A stretch of 64,000 nucleotides of DNA from Zygnema circumcarinatum SAG 698-1b (Eukaryota; Plantae; Zygnematophyceae): positions 3,348,001 through 3,412,000 of the forward strand of contig CM074811.1 in assembly GCA_037447605.1 (NCBI GenBank). The letters run 5' to 3'. Shown here one piece after another: positions 1 through 10,580 of this stretch. The notes under the pieces were generated by a model. It was given only the letters and a program-made list of their open reading frames with translations, was not told the origin of the DNA and did no database searches. The translations under genes were made by a program, and so were the position numbers. The number at the start of each line of letters is the position of its first letter. The first letter of the stretch is position 1.

Positions 1-259
1 AATTCCAGAAAACTTCTTCAGTAGAAGTGGGAAACTTCAAACCCTTTCACGCTCCCTCTCTTCCCTCTCCCTCCTCCCTCGCCGTCTCTGTCTCCCTCTC
101 TCCCTCCCCTCTCCCCTTCTCCACCTCCCTTTCTCCCTCCCCACTCCCCCTCTCTATCTCTGCCTCCCTCTCTCCCTCTCTCTCCCTCCTGGGAGGGAGG
201 GAGGGAGGNNNNNNNNNNGGAGGGATCGGCACTTGAACAATCCTCGAAGATGAACTCAC

Positions 260-1327
260 GTGTACTTGATGGTGTCAATATGAGTCGACACAAGAATGGC
301 ATTTTCTTTGGCAGCCGGTCGGTGCTTGGGGCTGACCCTGACCACCACATTCATCAAGCTGTCGTAAATCACCGTCTTCCCCGGAAAGATTTGCATCCAT
401 CCAGAATTCGCATGTTGAAATTCAAGTTCCATGTGAGCCCATTCCGGAACCTTTTTTTCAATGAAGCTTAGAAGCATATGAGTGTCCTGTAAAAAAAAAT
501 AATAATAATATTTACATCAACAATTTACTCGTGGAAAAAATATTGCGTTCTATGATGCAGTCGCAGTTGTAGTTCCGCCTTATTTCCCTCTCCCCTCCCC
601 TCCTCTCCTCGTCCTTCTCCCTTCTCTGCCCTTTACTTTTCTCTCCCCTTCTCTTCCCTCTCCTCTCCTGTCCTCTCCCTTCCTCACCCTTTTTCCTCTC
701 CTCTCCTTTCTCCTCTTTTCTCTTACCTCTCCTCGCCTATCCTCTCCTCTCCTCACCTCATCCCTCCTCTTCGCAAACAAAACAAAAAAACCATAAGAGA
801 AGATAAAACTAATCAACCAGTTTAAAAAACAATTAAAAATTATAACTTCTGCAAATTGTACTCACATGTGTTGCATATTCCAAGGTCATTGATCCAAACT
901 CCCGCGGCCCGAGGCTTGTTAGCACAATCATATCCTCCATGGCCCTCTCCTCTGAAAACTGCTCCTTTGGAACCTTGGCGCTTTTTGGAGCAGGAAGACT
1001 TAGGGTTTCCATGCTGTAAATAATCCGCAGAGCGTAGACCAGGACACCAAGAAGCAGCCCAAACTCTGCCAGGGCTTGCAGCGTGCTTGCAGGCCCAGGC
1101 AACTTCCTTTTCCTTTTGGAAGTTTTTGGAGGACCACGAGGAACCTTTTTCATGGAAGAATGAATTTTCTCATCTATTGTTTGTAACCGCTCTGCAGATT
1201 CTGCATTGCTTGCAAAAGCTTCTTCAGCTTCAGACTCGCGCTCTTCTGGCAAGTTTGAAGGAGACGCGGAGGGGGAGGCTCTTGGAGTGGGACCGAAGGG
1301 CTTCCGCTTTCTAACTGAGGACTCCAT
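260..1327 (-). CDS. ER metallopeptidase 1-like (M28 peptidase), 5' part only; exons 1327-866 and 486-260, gene continues past the left edge
   Basis: MESSVRKRK...FSEERAMEDMIVLTSLGPREFGS followed by NVVVRVSPK...ENAILVSTHIDT. This matches the M28/ERMP1 FSEERA and ILVSxHIDT motifs. Both donors are GTGAGT and exon 1 is 462 nt (phase 0). Confidence 0.88.
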
Positions 1328-1975
1328 GGATGCCCGAGAGAGGGAGAGGGAGAGGGAGAGAGGGAGAGGGAGCGGGAGAGGGAAAGTGAGAGGGAGCGTC
1401 TGCAAGAGTCCGGAGTGGTAGGGCTCTCTGCTGACAAAATGATGACGCTACTGTGACACGTGGCACACAGTGATTGGTTTTACTATACTTGTTTTGTACA
1501 GCTTTCGTACAATGTTGGTACAGAATTTGACCGTTGGCACACCTTTCAGAACCGACCGTACAGGGTAAGACCGGGACCTGTGCTCCTATTACGACCTCCG
1601 GCAATCCATTAGCCAATGGATACAGAACACGTGTAAACAATTTTACACGTGGTCAATATCCATTAGTGAATGCTCAAATACGGTGCGCGTTAAGTGAGCG
1701 GATGTGCGCGAAGTGGAAGGCATCTGGAGAGAATCTCTTGGGCTTCTCGTGGCGGTTCCGTTCCCATGTCGGTCGGCATTCACCGACCGTACAGATGCAT
1801 GAAACGCACGCTAGTTGTAACTGCGACAAGATGCCCATTAACTTCCATGGGGCATCGAGTTTTCCTCCGTCACTGCATGGAACGCTGTCACAGTAAAGCG
1901 GTAACATAACTGTATCGACAAATGTATGCAGCGCTTTAATTTACTGGCATGTGGATAGTGAGCATGGAATAGTTT

Positions 1976-2171
1976 CACAGTTCGGACCAGTGGATCGGCA
2001 ACCATTGGACAACCATTGGATGGCAATGGTTGGACGTCTACTGGTTGGCAACCAGTCGACTGGTTGCCAACCAGTGGATGCCACTGGTTGGCAACCAGTC
2101 GAATGGTTGTTTCGGTCCGCAACCACTGGTTGCCAACCAGTCGACTGGTTTGTCTAATGGTCCGATCTGTG
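1976..2171. mobile_element. 196-bp hAT-type MITE
   Basis: 14-bp TIR CACAGTTCGGACCA / TGGTCCGATCTGTG with 1 mismatch. An 8-bp direct repeat AATAGTTT flanks it (1968-1975, 2172-2179). The interior is built from ACTGGTTG(G/C)CAACCAGT palindromes. Confidence 0.75.
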
Positions 2172-2256
2172 AATAGTTTGAGCATGGAACGGCTTGGCCC
2201 CGCGTGCGCATGCTGAGGGTTCCTCCCCCTCCTGGCAGGCATCCATCCATCCGTCC

Positions 2257-4408
2257 ATGGCCATGGCCATGGCTGCCACGCGGCGCCTCGCGCTCGGCCT
2301 GCTGCTGTGGAGTGTCGTCCTCGCGACGCGTGGCGCCGCGCAGTGCAGCCACAGTGCGTGTGCAGGAGAATGCTCATGCTGAATGAAAGAACAGCGGGGA
2401 TTCGTTTACTTTTTTTTTTTTTTTTTGTTGTGTATTCAGGCTTTGGAAGAAGATTTGAAAGGAGGGATGGGGGTTTATGTTTGGGGTATATGAATGGGGG
2501 TACTGAGATCGCGTTTAAAGATATTAAGAAAGCTTATGAACCCTAAATTTCTCACAAATTGCAAAAGCCTGAGTGTTTTGGAAATTGCTTCAAATTTTTC
2601 CTCATTGGGAGAATGTAACGAGGCTGCAGGTCTGTCTGATGGTGTGCTGAACTGAACATGTCTTGCAGGTCATCATGACCATGACCATGCCCATGACGAT
2701 GCACGGACCTCCGATGCACATGCCCATGCCCATGATGTCCATACTGATGCTCATGATCATGATCATGGCCATGACCATGAGCATGATAACCATGGTCATG
2801 TGCAAGCTCTGCATGGGCATGGCCATGAGCATGCGAGAGCAGAGCGGAGCTGGAGCGTGCTGAGGCAGCCGGAGGAGCTGGCGGAGGAGAGGGAGCTGCT
2901 GGAGCACGGGTTTGAGGAGGAGGAGGAGGAGAGGGGGCTGGGGCTTGTGCATGGACTCACGCCCACTGGTGAGAGGGGGAGGTAGAGGGAGGGGGGAAGG
3001 GAGGGGAGACAAAGGGAGGGAGGGAGGGAGAGGGGGAGGGGAAGGGGAAGGGGGAGGAAGAAACGTAACGTAAGAATGGAGGGCAGGGTGGAGGGAAAGA
3101 GGGGGTGTAGGGAATGGGGACGGGAAAGTGGGAGGGAGGGAGGGAGGAAGGGAGTTAGGAGGGGGTATGTGGGAGGAGGGGCGGGAGAGTTAGTTTAACA
3201 TGGATAGGAGGGAAATGCAGGTAAGGAATGTTAAGAGAGGCAGAGTGAAACATGTCAAAAAGCAAGTCATTGAGAGAAAAGAGTGAAAAGATTGGAGGAA
3301 GGCAAAGGACGGAGAGAGGTTGGCGATAAGTAAAGTGAGAGACATGAGAAAGTTTTAGTTCATTATAAAGCTCGGTTTCTGTATTTTTTTCATATAATCT
3401 ACGATCTGAAAGGTTCTGATAAGAAGTCTTTTGTGAGCTGCAGGACTCTGGATTCGCGCTTTGGGAAGTTCGCTCGTTGTCAGTCTCGCCTCCCTCATCT
3501 GCCTCAGCCTCCTTCCCTTCATTTCTGGTGCGCTTCCATACTTTTCNNNNNNNNNNNNNNNNNNNNNNNNNNNNNNNNNNNNNNNNNNNNNNNNNNNNNN
3601 NNNNNNNNNNNNNNNNNNNNNNNNNNNNNNNNNNNNNNNNNNNNNNAAGGGAGAAAAGGGCGACGGAGTGAGTGGAGGGGAGGGAAAGAGGGAAAGAGTA
3701 GGGGGCAGGGAGGGAGCGAGGGCGGGAGGGAAGGAAGGAGGACTCCTTAAGGGACCACAGGAGGGAATGGGAGGGGCTAGGTTGGGGGAGGGGAAGGGGA
3801 CGGAATCACGCGAGTGAAAGCGAGTGGGAGAAGGGGAGAGGAAGGGAGGGGGCGCCGAGGGAGGTGGGGGGAGGACAGAGGGAACTTCTGAAGTAATAGC
3901 CAAGGACAGGGAGGGAGAGGGAGAGAGTGGAAGTGGGCAGGAGGGGGAGACAGAGGACGAGGGCAGGAGAGGGACAGAGAGGTGGACGGCGGAGGAGAAA
4001 GGGGGAAAGGGCAGAAGTGGGAGAGAGCGAGAAAGGCAGGAGTGGGGGGGTGGTGGAAAGAGAGAAAACCGGCGGAGAGAGAAGGTGCAGGGAGAGAACC
4101 TCTAGAGGATGAAACTGCACGTAGTGCAAGAGACTCTTCTTGAGTTTCTTTCATCCCTATCCAAATCCTTAACTTTTCTATATCGCCTTTTTTTGTGGGA
4201 GGCGGCACAGGCACTCATGTTTGGAGGGAGTGCGGGTAATTCCTCTCTCATCGAGGGGTTTACTGCGGGCGGGTTTATTTACATATGTGCGGCGGGAGTC
4301 ATCCCGGACATGCAGTCTCAGGGCACAAGTCTCGTGGCTACATGCACTCAGTTGGGGTCCATGGTGGTGGGGATGGGCGTGGCTCTAGTGATCTCAATGA
4401 TGGAGTGA
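2257..4408 (+). CDS. IAR1: IAR1-like ZIP (SLC39A7/LIV-1 subfamily) metal transporter; visible exons 2257-2353, 2669-2968, 3444-3527, 4211-4408; central exons missing
   Basis: Signal-peptide-like N-terminus, a His-rich exon, QPEELAEE, GLWIRALGSSLVVSLASLICLSLLP, and C-terminal SSLIEGFTAGGFIYI...GMGVALVISMME*. All resemble Arabidopsis IAR1, and the splice phases of the first three exons are compatible. Confidence 0.9.
3547..3646. other. 100-N assembly gap of unknown true size
   Basis: Run of exactly 100 N lying where the central IAR1 transmembrane exons are expected. Confidence 0.95.
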
Positions 4409-5406
4409 GAGAGGAACGATGTTTGCTCTCTTGTACAATGCTGTTGTTGCGGCTAAAATTCTAGGATTTTTAGGGTTTTCTTTTTCCTTTTAAATTTGAG
4501 GGCCTAAAGTTTAGGTAAGAAATGGAGTTTCATGCTTATGGCAATGTGAAGGATGGATGGGATTTTGCTGTGCTTGAATGTTGGAAGACTGCCAACATTA
4601 ACATTATCGTTAACAGGATTTTTAATTGTAATGTCATGTCTAGCCCTCTTTCTGTGTCTATCTCCCCCTCCCCCTTCTTCCCCCTTCCTCCCCCTTCCCC
4701 TTCCTTCCCTCTCCCCCTGCTCTTATACGGTCCTTCACCTTCCTCAAACATAGCATGGGCATAGAAACGGGCATATATGAAGGAGTATCGGAAGAGAGTG
4801 CATATCAGATAGTAGTAGAAGCATTCAAATGTGTCAATTTTTTGGTGTTTTACACTTCGTGAGGGGTGTAGGTTGTTACAGAATCCTCAGGTTCCTTTTC
4901 GGTTCATTTGAAGCTTGAAGCATGACATATTCAGGGACTAGAGACAAAAACACAACACTCTAGAACCCTACAAGCCAATTGTACCAAAATTCGGGAATGA
5001 AAAACTAAACAATTTGGAAAAATTGAAAACTACAGCGACAAAAGCCAACGATTAACGTATGGCTAGTCCAGCCAAAACTGGCCAATTTTCCTTGTTACTC
5101 ATTTTTTACTTTTTTTCTTTTATTGAACAAAAGCCTCGATTCGGACGACATAGAACATGAGTACAGGTGAACTTCCAAGTAACAGAAGGAAAAAAAGAGT
5201 GCGGGGGGGGGGGGAGCGATGGGGAGCGATTGGCGAAGGGTAGAAAACCAAAAAGTGAACAGATTAGGGTTTCAGAAACCAGGTGTGACGTGATAAATTG
5301 CCAAACATTGGTACCAAACATTTCTTCCTTGTGGTGCGTCGGCGGAAGTCCCAGTTTCGTCTAGTGGTTCAAAGCAGAATTGGGCGTTCTATGTACCGGG
5401 CACCGT

Positions 5407-7650
5407 CTAATAGTTCCGCCTCCGTTCCGTTCTGCATAACACAAGGAGAGGAAAGGAGAAAAAAATAGATTTTTGGAACCCCAGTTAGTCTAAAATACAC
5501 TTTGTTTCTATTCTCCCCGTCGTTTTCTCCACTGTCCTCTCCTCCGCCATCCTCTCCCGCTGCCTTCCCCCTTCCTGCCCCCACGCCCTCAAGCTCTTCT
5601 CCCTCCTACCTCTCCCTCTCCCCATCTTTTTTTCAACCCCCCTCCCTCCCTCCCTCTCGCCATCTCCCTCTCTCCATCCTCCCCCACCCAACCCACTTTC
5701 TCTTCCCATCTTCTCCCCCTCCCTCTCCTCTTTCCCTGCCCCCCCCCCTCCCCCTCCCGCTCCCTCGCTCCCTCGCCCACTCCCCACCCTTTCCTCCACC
5801 CCCCCTGGCCCAGTTTTCTCCCCCCTCCCCCTTTTCCCTCTCCCCATCCCTTTCCCTCACCCTCGCCCACTCCCCATTCTTTCCTCCAAACCCCCCTCTC
5901 CTCGTCCTCTCTCTCCTCATCCCTATCCAACTCCCTCTCCCTCTCCCTCTCCCTCTCCCTCTCCGCTTCCCTCTCCTTGTCCCCGCCCCCCCATTTCTCC
6001 CTTCTTTCAGTTTCTTTCACCTCCGAGCCTGCCGAGCCCCCCTGGGCCCTGTGCTGAACGCCCACGCGACTCCAATTGTTTGAGTGAGAAGCTCCGCTCC
6101 GTTCAGAGCATCAATGGCAGCCTGAGCCTCCTTTCGGTCTTCGTATTCAATTAGAGCATATCCCTAAACATCACAAAAAACATCACGCTCAATTATTGAA
6201 AAAACGCAGCCAGAACTATGGTTAATTTAAAGTAGAAACCAAGCTTTTTGGTGAGGGCTAAGGTGCGAAACTGGGATAGGACCTTACGCGTGATTTGAAC
6301 ATTTTAGGGTTTCAGAAAGATAGGGGTAGAACTGGTGTTTCAGGGAATTAAATGTATCTCACAACTTAAAGGGGGGGGGGGGGTGTATGAGATCCGGGAT
6401 TTCGGGGATTTCAGTGTGATTAGAGTCAACAATTCGCGACGAAAGCGGAGAAAAAGTAAGTCGTAATTGAGGAGTTTACCTTAACGAACCCTGTTCTGCG
6501 ATCGAGATTGAGATGCAGATTTTTAATCTCTCCAAACTCTGCAAACACCTCCTGAATGTCGTCTTCCTGCGCCTCTTCATGCACTCCCGTGACGAGAACG
6601 ATCCATCCTTCAACGGCTGTGAGAGAAGTTAAGAAGATCTCACAGGTTTGACTTAATCAAATGTCAACTTTAGCACGAGTATACACGAGAAATGAAAATT
6701 AGAAAGATCAGTGGTCACGAGAACATGCAGATATAAGAGTGAAGAGCACGGGACGAGGGAAAGAGAGCGAGTGCGAGAGAGGAAGTGCGGGGGGAGGGAG
6801 AGGCGAAGGAGAGAAGAAGTTAGAGAAGGGTGAGAGTGAGAGCGGGGTCGAGGGAAATGGGAGGGAGAGGGAAAAGGAGAGGGAGAGGGAGAGGGAGAGG
6901 GAGAGGGAGAGGGAGAGGGAGAGGGAGAGGGAGAGGGAGAGGAAGAGGGAGAGGGAGAGGAGAGGGAGAGGAGAGGGAGAGGGAGAGGGAGAGGGAGAGG
7001 GAGAGGAGAGGAGAGGGAGAGGGAGAGGGAGAGGGAGAGGGAGAGGGAGAGGGAGGGAGAGGGAGAGGGAGAGGAGAGGGAGAGGGAGAGGGAGAGGGAG
7101 AGGGAGAGGGAGAGGGAGAGGGAGAGGGAGAGGGAGAGGGAGAGGGAGAGGGAGAGGGAGAAGGAAAATGAGAGGGCGAGAGAGAGCGGGAGGAGGGAAC
7201 GGGGAGAGGGGGAAAGGCAAGGGGGGAGGGAGAGGGAGAGTGAGAGCATTGGCAGCTGCAGGTTGGAAACAAGCAAGAGAACGAACAACCCAACGATTTA
7301 AACCTAATCCTTAGTTGGGTACTCATTCCACGAAACCCTAACCCTAATTCCGACCCCCTGCATGGAAACCCAAAACGGATACATCGCTGCGGTCCGGGGC
7401 CCCCTCCAGACTTCAAGCTCTCGAACTGGCCGTAGCGGTCGCCCGCTCTGTCCACGTCCATGGCGTCCTTGAACCCTCGCCCCTTCGTCTTCTTAGGGTT
7501 GAGGGCCGCGGCGGAGGCCCCCCCTGTGATGGTCGACTTGAGCTTGGGCGGCAGAGGAGGGGCGGGCTCCTCCTCCATCGGCATGTCCTCCGCGAGGAGG
7601 TCGTCGTCCTCCGGCTCGAAGTCGACCTGCTCGGCCTCGGCGGTAGACAT
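5407..7650 (-). CDS. Y14: RNA-binding protein Y14/RBM8A (exon junction complex core); exons 7650-7383, 6616-6480, 6163-6021, 5431-5407
   Basis: [44 protein letters not shown]...[22 protein letters not shown] is the RBM8A RRM signature. Phases are consistent. The short last exon is less certain. Confidence 0.95.
6870..7160. repeat. (GAGAGG)n hexamer tract in Y14 intron 1
   Basis: Direct inspection; it explains the overlapping SLSL/ERER/GEGE ORFs. Confidence 0.9.
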
Positions 7651-8210
7651 GGCGAGGGAGGGAGAGGGAGAGGGAGGGAGAGGGAGAAGGGGCGGACTGG
7701 GAGGGAGGGAGAGGGAAGGGAGAGGGAGCGGGAGAGGGAGGAAGAGGACGGGGGAGGGAGAGGGAGAGGAAATGGAGAGGGAGAGGGAGAGGGAGAGGGA
7801 CGGAGAGGGAGGGAGAGGGAGATGGAGGAGAGGGAGAGGGAGAGAAAGGGAGAGGGGGGAAGGGGCGGAATGGGAGGGAGGGCGAGGTACGGGAGCGGAA
7901 TGGGAGGGAGGGCGAGGTACGGGAGCGGAATGGGAGGGAGAAAGGGAGGGATAAAGCGCTTTAGTAGACGGAGGGGGAGAGGAGGAGCGCGTTCAATATG
8001 AGAGAGAGAGAGGGAGAGGGAGAGGGAGAGAGGGAGATGGAGGGGGTCCCGCTGTTAAAACGAAACTGTGGGGTCCAAGGAAACCCTAATTGTCTGGGAC
8101 CGCCTGGAGGGCTCTGAACCCTAAAGGGCATGCATGGTTCGAGTTTGATGGCGTCAGTTCAACTTTGCTGATGTCACATCGCAAGTGGGCGGGGTTGATG
8201 TTCAGAAAAT

Positions 8211-8414
8211 AGGGGGAGTCAGACCTTGACCATCGCCAAATCAATTTCGTAAGCCTGTCGGGCGAATTAAGCGTTGGCTAGGTACGCATTTCGGCACGGC
8301 TGAGTAGGGCGGAGCCGCGGAACTCGACCCGGAATTCGTACACGAAAGAAGTGATTTTTTAGTATAAGGAATTCAGGAATTTCGTTAAGCAATGGTCAAG
8401 GTCTGACTCCCCCT
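8211..8414. mobile_element. 204-bp MITE 'A' (PIF/Harbinger-like by its 3-bp TSD)
   Basis: TIR AGGGGGAGTCAGACCTTGACCAT / ATGGTCAAGGTCTGACTCCCCCT, with AAT on both flanks (8208-8210, 8415-8417). Confidence 0.8.
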
Positions 8415-8417
8415 AAT

Positions 8418-8791
8418 AGGGGAGGATCAGTTATTGACCATGGCCAAATCAATTTCGTAAGCCTGTCGAGTGAAAGCATTAGGGGGTGTCAGACTTAAAA
8501 AATTTCAGTACGCGTGTTCGTAAGTTTGACGTCAGAACGAGTACTCCAGTATAATCGCAATCCTCCTGCGGCGGAGTACTTTCGTAACCATTTTTTTCGT
8601 AACGCTTTTCGTAAGATTTTGTTAAGTCTGACACCCCCTATTAGCTAGGTACGCATTTCGGTACGGATGTGTACTGCGGAGCCGCGGATCCCGACCCGGA
8701 ATTCGTACACAAAACTTTGACTTTTAGTCCTGTATACTAAATTCGAGAATTTCGTACGGCCATGGTCAATGACTGACCCCCCATTCCCCCT
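8418..8791. mobile_element. MITE 'B', a relative of A lying directly next to it and interrupted by MITE C
   Basis: Internal homology to A (CCAAATCAATTTCGTAAGCCTGTCG; GCTAGGTACGCATTTCGG...GACCCGGAATTCGTACAC). Degenerate TIRs TCAGT(T/C)ATTGACCATGGCC; the exact right end is uncertain. Confidence 0.7.
8481..8639. mobile_element. 159-bp MITE 'C', copy 1 (nested in B)
   Basis: TIR AGGGGGTGTCAGACTTAA / TTAAGTCTGACACCCCCT, with ATT on both sides. Near-identical to 24759-24917. Confidence 0.88.
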
Positions 8792-10580
8792 AAAGGAAAA
8801 CTCGCGTTCTGAAGTTTGAAACTTTGCGGCTCAGTTTGCAACTGGAGAGGTTGATCTGGTTGAGAAAGTTGAACCGTGAGAACGGAACTCGTAAAGATGC
8901 ACGGTTCAACTTTCTTCTGCTGGTTTCACTTCTGGAGTAGCAAACCGGGCCGGGTTTTCAGTGGGCTTGAAACCTGTTGACCTTCTTCAACCGTCGTTCG
9001 CACGTGCGAGCATGGTGGAATCCGCTCAAGCGGCGACCCTAAAATGTTTAAGAAAGAAAATGGAAATAAGGTTGGGAAGTTATTATATGTTATCTGGAGC
9101 GTTCGATTCTCCACGTGGCGGAATGTGAGTGGTTGGAATAAACGTTTTGGCTCATGAATTGGGACCAATTGACCAATTGTTAGGGTCCACTTTGGGCAAA
9201 CTTGCATTTCATGCTCAATGTTGGAAGGATCAAAGTTTGCAATTTTCAACCAGCCTCCAAATTTTGGCTAAAGCTACTTTATTGTACCCCATGTGTACCC
9301 CAACAACGAGTGAGGTCTTTTTTCAAGAGCAGTCAGCAAAGTCAAGCCACGTGGTCCAGTTGTACGGAAACACGAGGTGTTTAATTCCAGTACCCGTAAA
9401 ACCGAACAGGTTGAGATTTTTTTTTTAAAGTAAACTCGTTTAACAATTTCTCAACCTGTTCGGTTTTACGGGAACAACAAATTTGAGTGTACGGAATGGA
9501 AAAAAACCTTGTACGGATAAACGTATCGCGATTCAACCGTACGAAAAATATTGGATCTTGAGTACGAAATTGTACGAACACGCCGCCTGCGACTTTTTTG
9601 TTGGCTCTTGGGCGGCAAAACGGAAAGAAAAGGGAAGAAAAACGTTTTGGAGGGAATTATTTTGTGACGGGCAGCAAATAGGCTTAACATATCTGGTCCG
9701 AACGGACGTTTGGGGGGAGCAAAGGGAAGCTTGTTTTTTTTTTTTTCGAAGGTTTTTTTTTTTTAAGAAAATAGTTGCAATTTTGGGTGGGAATGAATGC
9801 AGTTGCTGCAACTGCCAGGGCCGTCTGTTGGGAAAGGGCGGCTTCCCTCGCTGAGGGTGAGGGAGAGGGAAAGGGAGAGGTAGAGGGAGAGCGAGGGAGA
9901 GCAAGGGAGGGAGAAGTGAGGGGGGTAGTGGGAAGGGAGAGGGAGAGGAGGGGGGAGGGGGAGGGAGAGGAGAGAAAGAGTGGGAGGGTGGGAGGGAGAG
10001 AGGGGGAGGAAGAAGGAGGGAGAGGGAGAGTGGGAGAGGAAGGAAGAGAGAGGGGGAGGGTGGGAGAGAGAAAGAGGGGGGAGGGGGGAGTGGGAGAGAG
10101 CGGCGGAGAGGGGTGGGGAGAGAGAGTGACGTTGGGAGGAAGATTGTGAATGTGGAGAGGGAGGGAGTGGGAGGCCGAGTGATAAAAGGAAGCGGAGGAA
10201 AGGGAGAGGGGAACAGAGTGGGATTGAGGGGCGGAGGGGGTGGGGGAGGGGAGGTGGGGAGGGGGTGGAAGTAGAGGATTGGGAGAGAGGAGGGAGGAGA
10301 GGGTTGAGAGAGAGAAGAGGTGGGAGAGTGGGGGGGGCAATTGGGAGAGAGAGGGAGAGAGAGAGTGAGGGGGAGAGAGAGGTGGTTGTACATGCATGCA
10401 TGAGCTGGCGGAAGAATCAGGAGACTGAGTCGAGGGGGAAGAGGGAGAGAGAGAGAGTGGGAGAGGGAGAGAGTGGGAGAAAGAGGAAGGAGAGGTTTTC
10501 TGCTGTGAATCCGTTACTGGAATGCGCCGCAGCTTCTCCACTGTAATTTTTTTTTGAAGTTTTGGAAAGGTTAGGGCGCG

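Noticed and set aside
1449-1896. Possible TIR pair TACTGTGACA / TGTCACAGTA
   Set aside because: Only 10 bp, with no clear TSD beyond the terminal TA and no second copy in the window.
2040-2150. CRISPR-like array of palindromic repeats
   Set aside because: Eukaryotic context, spacers only 2-25 nt and irregular, no cas genes; TIR and TSD explain it as a MITE.
9095-9120. GTTCGATTC (tRNA T-loop/B-box-like); similar hints at ~8135 and TCTAGTGGTT at ~5357
   Set aside because: No matching A-box/B-box spacing, cloverleaf or acceptor stem. No tRNA or SINE is supported.
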